DNA of 64,000 nucleotides from Mobula hypostoma (lineage: Eukaryota): positions 97,218,001 to 97,282,000 of the forward strand of contig NC_086097.1 of the NCBI RefSeq assembly GCF_963921235.1. The letters are read 5' to 3'. Under the pieces are notes generated by a model. The model was given only the letters and a program-made list of their open reading frames with translations, had not been told where the DNA came from and ran no database searches. Positions 24,335 to 38,004 of this stretch are shown here, one piece after another. Made by a program: the position numbers and the translations under genes. Numbering within the stretch: position 1 is the stretch's first letter; each line of letters opens with the position of its first letter.

Positions 24335-26490
24335 AATAGGTATTGTCCTTGTGGGAAAGTTTTAAATTGGAGGAGGACAAATTACATGGGCATTAGGCAG
24401 GAACTAAGAAGCGTTAATTGGGAACACCATATCAACCATGTGGAGGGTGCTTAAAGATCAATTGAATGGAGTACAGAAGAGTACATGTTCCTGTTAAAAG
24501 GAAGGACAGGAATGGAAAAATAAGAGAACCTTGGATATCCAGAGAGGTGATAAATTTAGTCAAGAAGAAAAAGGAAAAGTATGTAAAGCTTCAGAAGTTA
24601 GGATCAAACGAAGCACATGAGGAGTATAAAGCAGTCAGCAAAGAACTAAAGAAGGAATTAGGAAAGCCAGGAGCAGCCGTGAAAAGTCCTTGGCAAGTAG
24701 GATTAAGGTGGATCCCAAAGCATTCTATACATACATCAAGAGCAAGAGGATAATTAGGCACAGGGTGGGACCACTCAAGGATAAAGGGGGTAACATTTGC
24801 TTGGATGCGGAGAACATGAGTGAGGTACTTATTGAGTACTTTGCTTCAGTACTTACCAAAAAAAAAGGATATGGAGGACCAGGAGATCAGTACTGAGTGT
24901 ATAAAGACATCAGGGAGTTCAGAGGTCAAGGAGGAGGAAGTGTTGGGCATTCTAATGAGTATTAATGTGGATAAGTCCCCAAGGCCAGATGGGATTTACC
25001 TCAGGTTATTGAAGGCGGCAAGAGACAAGATTGCTGGGGCTTTGACCAGTATCTCCATGTCCTCTCTAGGCACAGGCGAGGTTGCGGAGGACTGGTGAGT
25101 GGCTAATGTTGTACCTCTATTTAAGAAGGGAGCAAGGGAAAATCCTGCAAACTGTAGACAGGTTAGTCTCACGTCATATGTAGGGAAATTGCTGGAGAAA
25201 ATTGTTAAGGCAAGGATATATGAGCATTTGGAAACACACAGCCTAATCAGGGAGAGCCAGCAAGGCTTTGTGCAGGGCAGGTCATGTCTTACCAACTTGA
25301 CTGAGTTTTTTGACAAGATGACAAGAGAGATTGATGAGGGTAGATGTTCTCTACATCTATTTTAGTTAGGCGCTTGACGAAGTCCCCCATAGGAGGCTAA
25401 TCCAGAAGATTAAGATACATGGGGTCCACTGCAAATTGGCTGTTTGGATTCAGAACTGAATTGCACATAAAATACCGAGGATAGTTGTTGAAGGAACTTA
25501 CTTGAACGGTAGGTCTGTAGTTGGTGGTGTTCCACAAGGCTCTTTGCTGGGATGTCTGCTGCTTGAGATGTGTTTGTATATAAATGACCTGGATGAAATG
25601 TAGATGGGTGGATTAGTAAATTTGCGGATGATACCAAGATTGGAGTTGTGGATGATGTAGAAGACAGGCAAAGAATACAGCACAATATAGATCAGTTACA
25701 GGTATGGGCAGACAAATAGAAGATGGAGTTTAACCCAGATAAATGCGAGGTGTTGAACCACAGTAAGGCAAGTGCAAGGAGACAGTACACTGTTAAGGGG
25801 CAAGATCCTTAGTGTTGTGAGCAGAGAGATCTTGGGGTCCAAGTTTGTAGCTCCATGAAATTGGCTACACAGGTCGATAAGGTGCTTAAGAAGGATTAAG
25901 AAATGCTTGCTTTTATTTGTCACATTGAGTTCAAAAGTTAAGAGGTTATGTTGCAATTTTATAAAACTCTGCTTAGGTCACATCTGGTGTATTGTATACA
26001 GTTCTGGTCGACCCACTATAGGAAGGATGTTGAGACTTTGGAGACGGTGCAGAAGAGGCATACTAGGATACTGCCCGGTTTAGAGGGAATGTGCTATCCT
26101 GAGAGGCCGGATAAACTTGGCTGTTTTCTCTGGGATAGTGGAAGCTGAGGGGAGATCTGATAGAGGTTTATAAGATTGTGAGAGGCATAGATAGAGTGAA
26201 CAGTGTATCTGTTTCCCAGGGTTGAAATGTCTAATACCAGAGTGGAACGAATTGAAGGTGAGAGGGGGTAGGTTCAAGAGGGATGTGAGAGGTAAATGTT
26301 TTACTCAGAGAGTGGTGGATGCCTGGTATGGTGGGAGAGGCAAATAAATCAGAGGCTTCTAAGTGGTGTTTAGAAAGGTACTTGAATGTGAGGAAAATGG
26401 CATTATGTAGGTAATTTGGGGGGGGGTGTTGATTTACTTTTTCACTGGTTCAGCACAACATTGTGGGCCGAAGGGCCTGTTTCTATGTTC
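24335..26490 (+). mobile_element. CR1 ORF2, decayed
   Basis: ANVVPLFKKG...QQGFVQGRSCLTNLTEFF; YCIQFWSTHYRKD; multiple frameshifts. Confidence 0.88.
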
Positions 26491-26989
26491 TGTTTTGTTT
26501 CCAATGTAAGCTGTCCATTTTTATTACTTTTCGATTATTCCTTTAAGCTCTATGTTTTATTCCTTTGAATTTCTGCTTCACCTACTCAAAGCCCAATATC
26601 TTTGTTCCTACATCTATGGCACAGAACTGAAAGCAGTGGTCCTAATATGGTCTAAAGAACACTACATGACTTTAAAATAATATTTACATTTTTGTATCCC
26701 TGACCTGTTGAGATGGAAACTATGATTCATTCGGCAATTTTAATTGTTTTCTTATTTGAACTCTAAATATTTCTGGACATTTAACCTTCCAATTTAAATG
26801 CCTATCTGGTTTGCCTGTCGTGTAACCAATCTGGATGTGATATGGGAGTTAAATGAGATTCAGTCTGCTACTAGTTTCGTTAGTCATTTTGCATGTAGAC
26901 ATTTGGAGTCATATCATAGTCTGTCAGACTCTGCTCTCCAGTAATGAAAAAAACAAAATGATGGACTCATATCAAGCCTTAAATTAATA

Positions 26990-28290
26990 TTTATGATAAC
27001 TTTATTTATATAGCACTTTTCATACATTTTTAAGATGCAGGCTCAAACTGCTTCATATAGATTGCAAATATAAATTGATATAGTCATTAAATTTGAGACA
27101 AAATGAAAAATTATAAGTAAAGGCAAACATGATATAGAATACAATGTAACTGAATATACCAAATTACACAAATATAATCAACATCAACAGGCATTAACTA
27201 ATCCTATAAGTAGGGCAAATTTAAAAAGTAGTTTTTTTAGAAGTCTTTTCAAACATTCCACAGTACTGGTCTGGTGTATCTCAGTTGGTAGATTGTTCTG
27301 GATTGTTGGTGCGTAAGAGCAAAAGGAACATCTTATGTACTTGGCTCTAGGATCTCTAAATGAACTAGTATTCATGGATCTAAGATTACAATTAGGGACA
27401 TAGGGGGAAAGACACACCAAAATATATGAAGGAGCTAGGTTATTCAGAGCCTTATGTACAATTAAGAACATTTTTAAATCGATCCTAAAGGACACAGACA
27501 GCCAGTGTAATGATCTCAAAACCAGTGGAATGCGTTCAGATTTTTTTTCTTTCATTAAGATTCTTGTTGCTGCATTTTGAACAAGCTGAAGCTGATTTAT
27601 ATAGCTTTTGGCAGTCTTGAAATAAATGCATTAGAGTTGTCAAATCAGCTGAAAACAAAAACGCGTATCAATTTTTCTGCATCCTGAGATGTTATAAGAA
27701 ATCAGACTCCTGCAATGTTCTTTAAATTAAAGAATGCAGTTAACATGGTTAATATCTGTTTTGAAATTTAGCTCAGAGTTGGAAACAACGCCTCAATTCT
27801 TCACATCTGGCTTGATATGCAAGGTCAGATGATCGTTTATTTCTGAGATTCACACTTTTTATTTCTAGCAATACCAAAATTTCAGTTTTTTCCTAAGGAA
27901 ATTTGAATTCATCCATTCTGTAATGTGAGGACATAGGGCAAGAGGTTTCAGAGCCTCACGGTCATCTGGCATAATAGACAAATACAGTTGTGTGTTGCCT
28001 GTCTAGCTGTGATACTTCACCTGTGTTTTGAAACAATCTGACCTAATGGGAGCGTGTAGACTGAGAACAACAACAGGCCTAAAATTGACCCTTGTGGCAC
28101 ACCAAACACAATATCATGGATTTCAGATGTACAATCACTACGGCTGATAAATAATTTTCTTCCTGTTACACAAGACTGAAACCAGCTTATGGCAGTACCA
28201 GAAACACCGACACATTGACTGAGGGGGTCTATGAAAATGCTGCGCTCCATGATATCAAATGCTGTGTTCAAATCTAAGAGAACAACAACT
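26990..28290 (-). mobile_element. L2-clade LINE 3' fragment
   Basis: LLDLNTAFD; GVPQGSILGLLLFSVYTLPLG; LVLRSLHWLSVSFRIDLK. Confidence 0.82.
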
Positions 28291-28291
28291 G

Positions 28292-28900
28292 ATATAAGAA
28301 CACAAGACATAGGAGCAGAATCAGGCCATTCGGCCCATCAATTCTGCTCTGCCATTTCATTATGGTTGATCCATTTCCCTTTCCACCACTTTCTCCTGCC
28401 TTCTCCCCGTAACCATTCATGGCCTGGCTAATCAAGGATCTGTCAACATCCATCTTAAATGCACCCAGTGGCATGGCCTCTGCAGCCGCCTGTGGCAACA
28501 AATTCTACAGAGTCACCACCCTCTGGCTAAAGAAATTCCTCTTCATTTCTGTTCTAAATGGATGTCCCTCTATATTGAAGCCATGCTCTCTGGTCCTAGA
28601 CTCCCCCACCAAAAGAAACATCCTCTTCACATCCACTCTATCTAGGCCTTTCAATGCTTGATGAGTTTCAATGAAATCTCCCTTCATTCTTCTAAATTCC
28701 AGCAAGTACAGGGCCAGATCCTTCAATTGCTGCTCATATGATAACTCTTTCATTCCCAGAATCATTCTCATGAACCTTCTCTTAATGCTCTTGAATGTCA
28801 ATACATTCTTTCTTAAATAAGGGGCTGAAAACTGCTTACAATAGCCCAAGTGAGGCCTCACCAGTGCCTCATACAGCCTCAGCACTACATCCTTACTTTC
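28292..28900 (-). mobile_element. CR1 3' fragment (continues at 30241-30590 past the Tc1 insertion)
   Basis: LYEALVRPHLGYC...FFSQRVV; YVNDL in ORF 30428..30631. Confidence 0.85.
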
Positions 28901-30240
28901 AAAGTACCTATAAAATTTACAGTGCAATTTTTCCCCATTCTTCTTTATAAAACTGCTCAAGCTCTCTCAGACTGCATGGGGGTCATGACAGAACAGCCCT
29001 CTTCAAATCCAGCTACAAATTCTCAATTGGATTGAAGTCTGGACTCTGACTTAGCCACTCCAGGACATTAACTTTTTGTCATTTTTAAGCCGTTGTCGTG
29101 TAGCTTTCGCTTTATGCTGGAAAACGAACCTTCACAGTTCTCTTGCAAACTACATCAAGTTTTCTGCCAAGATTTCCCTGTATTTTGCTGCATTCATTTT
29201 GCCGTCCACCTTCACAAGTCTTCCAGGGGCTGCTGCAGTGAAGCATCCCCCACAGCATGATGCAGCCACCACCGTGCTTCACGGTAGGGATGATGTGTGT
29301 TTGATGATGTGCAGTGTTTGGCATACACCAAACATAGAATTTAGTCTGATGGCTATATCTTAATTTTGGTTTCAACAGATCATAGAACCTTCTTCCACTG
29401 ATTACAGAGTCTCCCACATGCTTTCTGGCAAACTCGAGCCAAGATTTCATTTGAGGTTTTTTTCCTACGGTGGTGTTCTCTTTGCCACTCTCCCATAAAG
29501 CCGCAACTGCTGAAGCACCCAGACAACACTTATTGTATGTGCAGTCTCTCCCATCTCAGCAACTGAAGCCTGTAATTCATCCAGGGTTGTCAGAGGTCTC
29601 TTGGTGGCCTCCCTCACTAGTCCCCTTCTTGCCTGGTCATTCAGTTTTTGAGGACAGCCTGCTCGAGGCAGATTTACAGCTGTGCCAAATTCTTTCCATT
29701 TCTTGATGTTGACTGAACTGTACTCCAAGCGATAGGCAGTGAATTGGAAATTTTCTTGTATCCATCTCCGGACTTGTGCTTTTCAAGAATCTTTCCATGG
29801 AGTTACTTGCAGTGCTCTTTTGTCCTCATGGGGTAGTTTGTGCCAGGATACTGACTCACCAGCAGTTGGAATTTCCAGATACAGGTGTATTTTTACTACA
29901 ATCAAAACACATCTGGACCACACACAGGTCTCCAAAAACAGACGTGCATTTGACTAATTATGTGACTTCTAAAACCAACTGGCTGCACCAGTGATGATTT
30001 GGTGCTTCATATCGGGGAGGGGGGGCGGGGGGAATACTTATGCAATCAATTATTTTGCATTTTATGATTGTAATTGACCAAGATCATTTTGTAAAGATTT
30101 GTTTTCACTTTGACATGAAAGGACCTTTTTCTGTTGATTAGTGTCAAAAAAGCCAAATTAAATCCACTGAGATTCAATGTTGTAAAAGAATAGAACATGA
30201 AAACTTCCAAGAGGGGTCAATACTTTTTAAAGGCTCTATA
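28900..30240 (-). mobile_element. Tc1-like DNA transposon, decayed
   Basis: NLPRAGCPQKL..RRGLVREATKRP; LEFARKH; PTVKHGGGCIMLWG; right TIR resembling TACAGTGCC...AAAAGTATT.ACCCC, with an internal direct repeat near 30030. Confidence 0.85.
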
Positions 30241-31643
30241 TATTGTAGTCCTCTTGAAATGAATGCTAACATTGCATCTACCTTCCTCACCATCTGCACA
30301 TGGTCTCCCAAATCCTTCTGCATCTCAGATTTTTTTAATTTTAGCCTCGTTTACAAAAGAGTCAATGCTTTTATTCATTCTACCAGAGGAGTCTTTTTGA
30401 TACTGTATGTGATCTTTGCCCTTTCTCCTATGTCCTTCTGCAGCCTTTCTGCTTCCTCTGCAATACCTCTGCTCCTCCACCTATCTTCATATTTTCCACA
30501 AACCTGGGCACAAACCCATCAATTTTGTTATGCAAGTCGTTGACATACATGTAAAAACAAACCACCCAAAGTACATATCCAGCTTGTCCTCCATTTCCTT
30601 GCACCCCGTTAGTATCTCTCCAGCAGTCCAAAACTACTCTGGCCTCTCTTTTAATCTTTATATGACAGAAAAAAAATCATTTTACCTGCATTGGTATTAA
30701 GTCATGGTTTATTAATTTATTTCAAGCAATTAAATTTCTGAACTATGATTAGATCTAAAACTGATTGATACTTGCAAAAATATAATTTGTATTCAAGAAA
30801 TCAATTAATTATGGAAAAATTACTTTTTCAAACTTTTACTAAGAAAATTCAATAACTTGAGACAATTTATTGGATTCTTTCTCTTCATATTGTAGTGAGC
30901 AGTGGTTTGATAATAGGCCACATAATTTTTGGAATAGAGGAATGCAAAGGAACAATTATTTGTTCCATGGTACCTGTCTCATTCACACAATAGAACATGT
31001 TCAACCGTTTTGCATCACAGATATCATTAATACATCTACTTGAATATTCCCATCCCGGATATATTTAAATTACATCGTATTATTGGCTTTAAAAAGTCAG
31101 GCTCGCACACTCAATACACGATCAACATAAACAAAATACCAGCGTCTGTAGATTTTCTCAATACACGATGTTTCCTTAAAATATGATTATCTGCCTTACT
31201 GAAAATAAAATGGCCTCACTGGAAAGATTTGACTTTTATTTGCGCACGATGGCTCCTTAGACGAACGGGAGAACAGTCATAAAAGTACTAAAGTAACACA
31301 ATCAAATATTATCGTCTTTGTGGAGTTAAAACTGGTCCACCCGCTTCTCCAAGATTCGTCAGAGGCACGGGGTAAAAGAGTAGTGGATGGGTGCTCACGG
31401 AGATATGCAGTTGCCAAGAAAACACCAATTTCCATTCAATAAATCTAACATCAACTATTTAATTAGGGCAACATAATTGGAGGTACTTTCCGAGCTTTTC
31501 AGTTCCACTTTCTCTGAGGGTTTTCAAATTAAATGAATGTAATTGCATGTGGTTTTTATTTCACGGGAGTTATGAATGGCCGGAATTAGATAATTAAAGC
31601 AACACGTGGTTGAAGGAGCCTGAACTGCTAAACTCCTCCAGCC

Positions 31644-33095
31644 GATTAGATCAGTTATTGATTATGGTTGTATTGCTTATGGTTTTGCTGCTACGGCAGT
31701 GCTTGGAAAACTAGACACTGTGCAATCCAAAGCACTTAGACTCTGTTGTGGTGCTTTTAGAACAACATCAGTTCCGGCATTGTGTGTGCAGATGGAAGTG
31801 CCTCTCCATTTAAGACGAATTCAGTTGGGCCTGCAGTATTGGGTAAAACTAAATGGATTCAATCACAGCTGTCTGCCAAAGTGTCTTTTGCAGGGGAAGT
31901 CAGAGCGCCAAAGTAAAATTAAAAGATATCCATTTTTGGATTTGGTTAATAACTGGGCTGTGAAATTGAAACTGACTGAGGAAAACATAGTTGACCAAAT
32001 TTGCTTGCCACTTGTCCCTTTTGGGCTCTTGCCAGAATCAGAAGCAGACCTATTCCTCCTTTTTTGGCTTCAAGGAAGCAGTGCAATTTCATCAGCGGTG
32101 AACACAAATGAATATTTAAATAATAAATGGGGATCTTATCTGAAGATTTTTACTGATTGCTCAGTGGACCCAGAGAGCAGTAGGGCAGGATTTGGGATGT
32201 ATGTGTCTCAACTTGGAATTAAGATTAGTCACTGGGTTTCAGATGGTGTTTCTGTCTTTGCAATAGAATTATTAGCAATCCTCTGGGCCTTATGGTGGAT
32301 AGAAGACCATGTAGGGTTATCATCTGTTCGGATTCTGCTGCTGCCTTAGAGGCTGTAAAAGGGAATAAATCAAAAGCTCGGCCTGACATAGTTATTGAGA
32401 TTCTCTTCGTGTTGTTTACAGTAGGGAAGATGGGTTGTGCAGTTAGATTTTCATGGATACCTGGGCATGCTAGGGTGGAAGGAAATGAAATTGTGGATGG
32501 CATTGCAAAGTCTTCCTTACAGAGCAGGCAAGTAGAAATTAGAGTTCCCCTAGGCAGAGCAGAATTGAGAGGTAGGATTTAAAAAAGGTATAGAGAAGAA
32601 GATGCAGGAGGATTGGAATAATGAATTAAAGGACTGGCATTATTTTTCTAGTCACCCGCTAGTTAAAAAGGTCTCAGACTATTACCTTTTAAATCATAAA
32701 GATATGGTGAGATTAACAAGATTTAGGTTGGGGCATTGTGGGCTAAACTATTATTTAAAGATAATAGGAAAACATCCCACTGGATTATGTGACTGTGGTA
32801 GTCCAGAGACAGTCCAGCATGTTTTGCCGAGCTATAATCGACACAATAATTGAAAGAAGCATGTTGTTCAAGAGGCTATCTTTCTTAAATGTATTTTGGT
32901 TTTCTATTAAATCTTTGTTTGGCCATCAAGAGAACCAACATCAGATTAAAGAGTCTATTATTCAGTTTATACGTGAGACTAGATTATATTCGAGAATTTG
33001 AGTTCCTTGAAGTTCTATAATTAATTATACATCCTGCGGAGGGCAGTAATACGCCTAGATGCGTCTAAACTGCCGGAGATAGAGGAAGAAGTAGT
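31644..33095 (+). mobile_element. Nimb/I-clade LINE 3' fragment with RNase H and CCHC-type domain
   Basis: QSKALRLCCGAFRTTS; IFTDCS...ELLAI...ICSDS...WIPGHARVEGNEIVD (RNase H); RLGH...CDCGSPETVQHVL; 10-bp TSD TCCTCCAGCC (31634-43, 33096-105). Confidence 0.9.
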
Positions 33096-33599
33096 TCCTC
33101 CAGCCCCTGTAGGCTGTTCCAGACCTCCAGCCTCTGCAGTCTCATGTGACTCGATAATTGAATAGCACTTTACGATATTAACTGCGAATGAAACACCCTC
33201 GGCGTTATTTCTTAAAGATGTTAGCATATTTTTGGAAAATTTACACCCTCATCGACCAATTGCAAGTTCCGGGTTGACATGGAACAGAATAATTTCTACT
33301 TCGGTATCTTCAGTATTTTATACTGCTGCTGTAACTTGGCCATGTCCGTTTATGGGTATACCATTGCCTTTGGGCAAGAGGAGAGGTTGATTCGGTACTT
33401 GGAACCTGAGGGCCATAAACCCCTTTATAAGATTTTTAAAATTGTATTTTCAGAAGGGAAAAAAAGCCATTATATAATAAGATGTGCCAGAAATATCATC
33501 AATATTTGGTGAACCTTAGCATCGAAACAAATAAACAGAGAGGAAAGTTACTTTAGAAGGGAAAAAAAAATGTAAGTTTGGGAGATTCCTGTCCCTACA

Positions 33600-34000
33600 T
33601 CAGAAAGTGAAGTTCATTGCCGGGGCCTTTTTGGTCACTTTGTAAATGCAGTTACTCCCGCTTCTATGAATTACCTCACTATTAAACTTCTCTGGCACCA
33701 GCACCTCGTGGAAATGGACCGAGCCCTCTCTGTACTTTATATCGGAAGACAGGTAAATGACAGTGTTTGAACCGCAGAGATCTTGAAGTGTCTGCAAAAG
33801 GAAAGGAAATTGCGATGGACTGTACACAATATCCGAGCCCAGGATGAAATCAAAATCATTTGGGTAGTTTTTCTGATCAGTCCCCCAAACCAGAGAGCTG
33901 ACTTTTATCCGATGTCTGGAGCAAGGAGGAATGTTAGCGGAGACATTGTACTCGATTTGCTTCAAGACGTATGGTTTGTCTGTCAGAGTGACATCTCCGC
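33600..34000 (-). CDS. EEF1AKMT3: Paralog B terminal coding exon
   Basis: Minus-strand acceptor tattttccAG; GGDVTLTDKPYVLKQIEYNVSANIP...LVWGTDQ...FDFILGSDIVY...KVTKKAPAMNFTF*. Confidence 0.93.
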
Positions 34001-34639
34001 CTGGAAAATATCAGAAATATCATTATTAATGGTGTTGTTCTGTTATGATACTAATCAACTCTAACACAATCTCTCTATAGATGCTACTATTTGTATTTTT
34101 CTCACGGCCATTCGGAATAGATATCTCCAATATAAAGTAATATCATACCTTAAATTTAAATAATTGCCCGAGTAAATGGGAATTGTTAGCTGATGCCTAC
34201 CAGTACGGCGAAAATGTCACCACTGACACTTGATTATGGGCAGGCACTGCTATTGATCATGAAATTGGCATAATAATTAACTTGATGCCCTCAGCTAAAA
34301 AAAAATCAGAATTTCATCTCTAGTTGCTACTCCTGACAGTGTAACATGAGAAACGGTCACAGTATCCCCTAAAACAATGATCACTTAGAACAGTGGATAT
34401 GCAGTGGACGGGTGACCAGATGCGAGTCATGATTATGAGCGGATGCACGAGGAATAGCAACTAGAGATGCGAGTTAAGTCTGCGATGCTAAAAAAATATT
34501 AATTTCAAGCACTGTGAATGATAATTATAGGATCAGCTGCGATTAACATTCACAGGTTCATTTATTATCAAAGTATGTACCCATAAACAACTGAATTTCG
34601 TCTTCTCAAGATAGCCAAGAAACTAGGAAAGAACGTGAA

Positions 34640-34876
34640 AGTAACACATCAAAGTTGCTGGTGAACACAGCAGGCCAGGCAGCATCTCTAGGAAGAGGTA
34701 CAGTCGACATTTCGGGCCGAGACCCTTCGTCAGGACTAATTGAAGGAAGAGCTAGTGAGAGATTTCAAATGTACCTCTTCCTAGAGAGCTGCCTGGCCTG
34801 CTGCGTTCACCAGCAACTTTTATGTTTGTTGCTTGAAATTCCCGCATCTGCAGATTTCCTCGTGTTTGCGTTTTTA
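34640..34876. mobile_element. Short Penelope-derived insertion made of two inverted termini
   Basis: About 55-bp inverted arms around a hammerhead motif; flanking duplication AAAGAACGTGAA (34628-39, 34877-88). Confidence 0.8.
34701..34739 (-). ncRNA. Minimal type I hammerhead ribozyme motif, catalytic core intact
   Basis: Minus strand: uagtc-CUGACGA-a-gggu(cucg)gccc-GAAA-u-GUC-gacug. Confidence 0.75.
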
Positions 34877-35865
34877 AAAGAACGTGAAGTCGTTCAGAGA
34901 GAAACATCAAGCCCAACTCCCGCATAAAAAAGAACGGCATCCCAATCGTCAACCCACAACCCCCCACCCTGCACAAAACGCAACAAGGACATCCCCCAAA
35001 CCCCTCTCCCGTCGCGCAACAAAACGGAAAGGAACGGGCAGAATACAAGAACCATAAGACTGGAAAAGCTCGCTGTCCATAAATGCAATACTCTAATCCA
35101 TAACGCGGTACCGTCCTCCTCCTCGTCATTGAAGAGAGAGGCAGCACGCCAGCGCAGAGGACTGCCCGCATGTCAGTGAGCCACAGAGCGACAAGTCGCT
35201 CACTGGCCGCTCCCCGGCAGCGACTTTAGGGAAGGCAGTCGGCGCTGAACGCTCGCTTGCCTTCCGGGAGGCAGACGGGTGAGAACCTGTGGATATTGCT
35301 AGTATGGCCTTCCAGACTGCACTCGGTGGCTCCACGGGTGACAGTATGCAATAGTAGGTGGATCGAATGTGATGAGTATTTATATAGGAAGGTAACTGGT
35401 GTAAAAGATAAGAGTTATGGAAGACAGTGTTACTCGCGATGATTCCCAGGAATTTCTGACGGTGCTTCAACTTTTCACTAACCTTCAGATGAGTCACGTT
35501 ATCTGAACTTTCGGATCCGATTAACAATGTAATTGGATGTAAATTAAACGAGTTGATACCACTGTGGGAGAGTTATTTGAATGGGGGAGGGCGTGGGCAG
35601 CAATTGAAAATGAGAAACTGAGACAATACAGGAACTCTCCTCAGACGCTATGAAACAGAGTTAACATTTCAGGTGGTTTGACAACAAAACGAACGCAAAA
35701 ATGATGGTCAAGGATATTGTATTTAGAAGCTTAAACTGAACTAGGAGAGAAATTTAACAATTACTAAAGGCTAATGAAAGGTTTTCTTAAAGCCTTAAAA
35801 GGTTCATGGAATGTTGACTTACACATCAAAGTTGGAATACTAATGAGCAGAAGTTATGAGCCTTT

Positions 35866-36890
35866 TGGGGTACCGCAAAGCTCGGTGCTGGGACCCCAGT
35901 TGTTTACAATATATATTAATGACTTGGATGACGGAATTAAATGCAGCATCTCCAAGTTTGTGGATGACACGAAGTTGGGTGGCAGTGTTAGCAGTGAGGA
36001 GGATGCCAAGAGGATGCAGGGTGACTTGGATAGGTTGGGTGAGTGGGCAAATTCATGGCAGATGCAATTTAATGTGGATAAATGTGAAGTTATCCACTTT
36101 GGTGGCAAAAATAGGAAAACAGATTATTATCTGAATGGTGGCTGATTAGGAAAAGGGGAGGTGCAACGAGACCTGGGTGTCATTATACACCAGTCATTGA
36201 AAGTGGGCATGCAGGTACAGCAGGCAGTGAAAAAGGCGAATGGTATACTGGCATTTATAGCGAGAGGATTCGAGTACAGGAGCAGGGAGGTACTACTGCA
36301 GTTGTACAAGGCCTTGGTGAGACCACACCTGGAGTATTGTGTGCAGTTTTGGTCCCCTAATCTGAGGAAAGACATCCTTGCCATAGAGGGAGTACAAAGA
36401 AGGTTCACCAGATTGATTCCTGGGATGGCAGGACTTTCATATGAAGAAAGACTGGATGAATTGGGCTTGTACTCGTTGGAATTTAGAAGATTGAGGGGGG
36501 ATCTGATTGAAACATACAAGATCCTAAAGGGATTGGACAGGCTAGATGCAGGAAGATTGTTCCCGATGTTGGGGAAGTCCAGAACAAGGGGTCACAGTTT
36601 GAGGATCGAGGGGAAGCCTTTTAGGACCGAGATTAGGAAAAACTTCTTCACACAGAGAGTGGTGAATCTGTGGAATTCTCTGCCACAGGAAACTGTTGAG
36701 GCCAGTTCATTGGCTATATTTAAGAGGGAGTTAGATATGGCCCTTGTGGCTACGGGGGTCAGGGGGTATGGAGGGAAGGCTGGGGCGGGGTTCTGAGTTG
36801 GATGATCAGCCATGATCATAATAAATGGCGGTGCAGACTCGAAGGGCCGAATGGCCTACTCCTGCACCTATTTTCTATGTTTCTATACTA
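35866..36890 (+). mobile_element. Young CR1 3' fragment
   Basis: [29 protein letters not shown]; intact C-terminal ORF 36161..36796; (TTTCTATG)n tail. Confidence 0.95.
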
Positions 36891-37606
36891 CAATGGCTGG
36901 GATTGGAACTTAGAGAACAGAGCGGAACCGTCCCCACCATCGGGGACACCATCAAGAGGCAGTACCTCAGAAGCCATCCATCAGTAAGGGCCTGCACCAT
37001 CTCGGACATGATCCATTCTCATTACTACCATCAAAGAGGAGGTACAAGAGTTAAGGCCCACATACAATTCAAGAACAACTACTTCTCCCCATCAGATGTC
37101 CGAACAGTCCATAAAATAATGAACACTGCCTCAGTATTCCTTTATAATTTATAGTAATTTCATCTCTTCGCAATGTACAGCTGTCTCAAAACAACAAACT
37201 TCACGTCTAAATCTGATTCTATAACATGGTGGTTTAAAGGGCCGGATTATTGGACAGTTTACGATTAATCACTATTGAATACAGAAGATCAAGAGGTGAA
37301 CTCTTCAGGGTATTAATAGTAAAGCCAATATTTCAGGGGGAAGAAATTCCTGAAAATAATAGTGACCAGTGGGGCCTGGTCCAGACGCATCTCCCTGCCC
37401 TCAGGTCAGAAACTGGTGCTATTACATGGGAGTTTAAGGGCAATGACGACCCGTGGGATACTGCTGTCGAGAATGCCACAAGGGCCGATAATTAGCTTCT
37501 CTCTTGCTGGGGTAGTCATTGCTCATACTTAACACTTACAAGCCGTGCCTAATTAGCAGATATTGCCAGGGTGAACGGTGAATAAATTGATTTACACTGC
37601 AAATGG

Positions 37607-38004
37607 TGTCCACTATAGCAAGTAGTGCCACAACCACGGATTCGGCAGCGCAGCAAATGCGGCCATTGCGCTCGTGAGTATGCACGCGTCAGCTAATTAT
37701 TATTTCATTCTGACTGCATTTAACTCCACTCGTTTCTGCGTAGTGCTGGTCGAGACTTGAACACAGCAGCGTTTAGCTACCTGTTTGCATTCAGCCTTGC
37801 CTGAGAAATTGGACTATCGATCAAACTGACTCTGAAGACTAGCGGTATTCGTTTTATATTTTCTTTCAGCCGCAGTGTTAGCTTCGTTTCCCATTAATGG
37901 CCCTGTTTAGCTAGCGTTTACTGATTTCTTTTCCTTCTAATTTTGGGTGTCGCATTAAAGTCCGAACTACCAACCCGCCTGGATCATATCCGAACATAGT
38001 GACA
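37607..38004 (+). mobile_element. Possible short solo LTR
   Basis: TGT(C)CACTAT...ATAGTGACA imperfect inverted termini and ATTAAA near the 3' end; no clean TSD. Confidence 0.35.
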
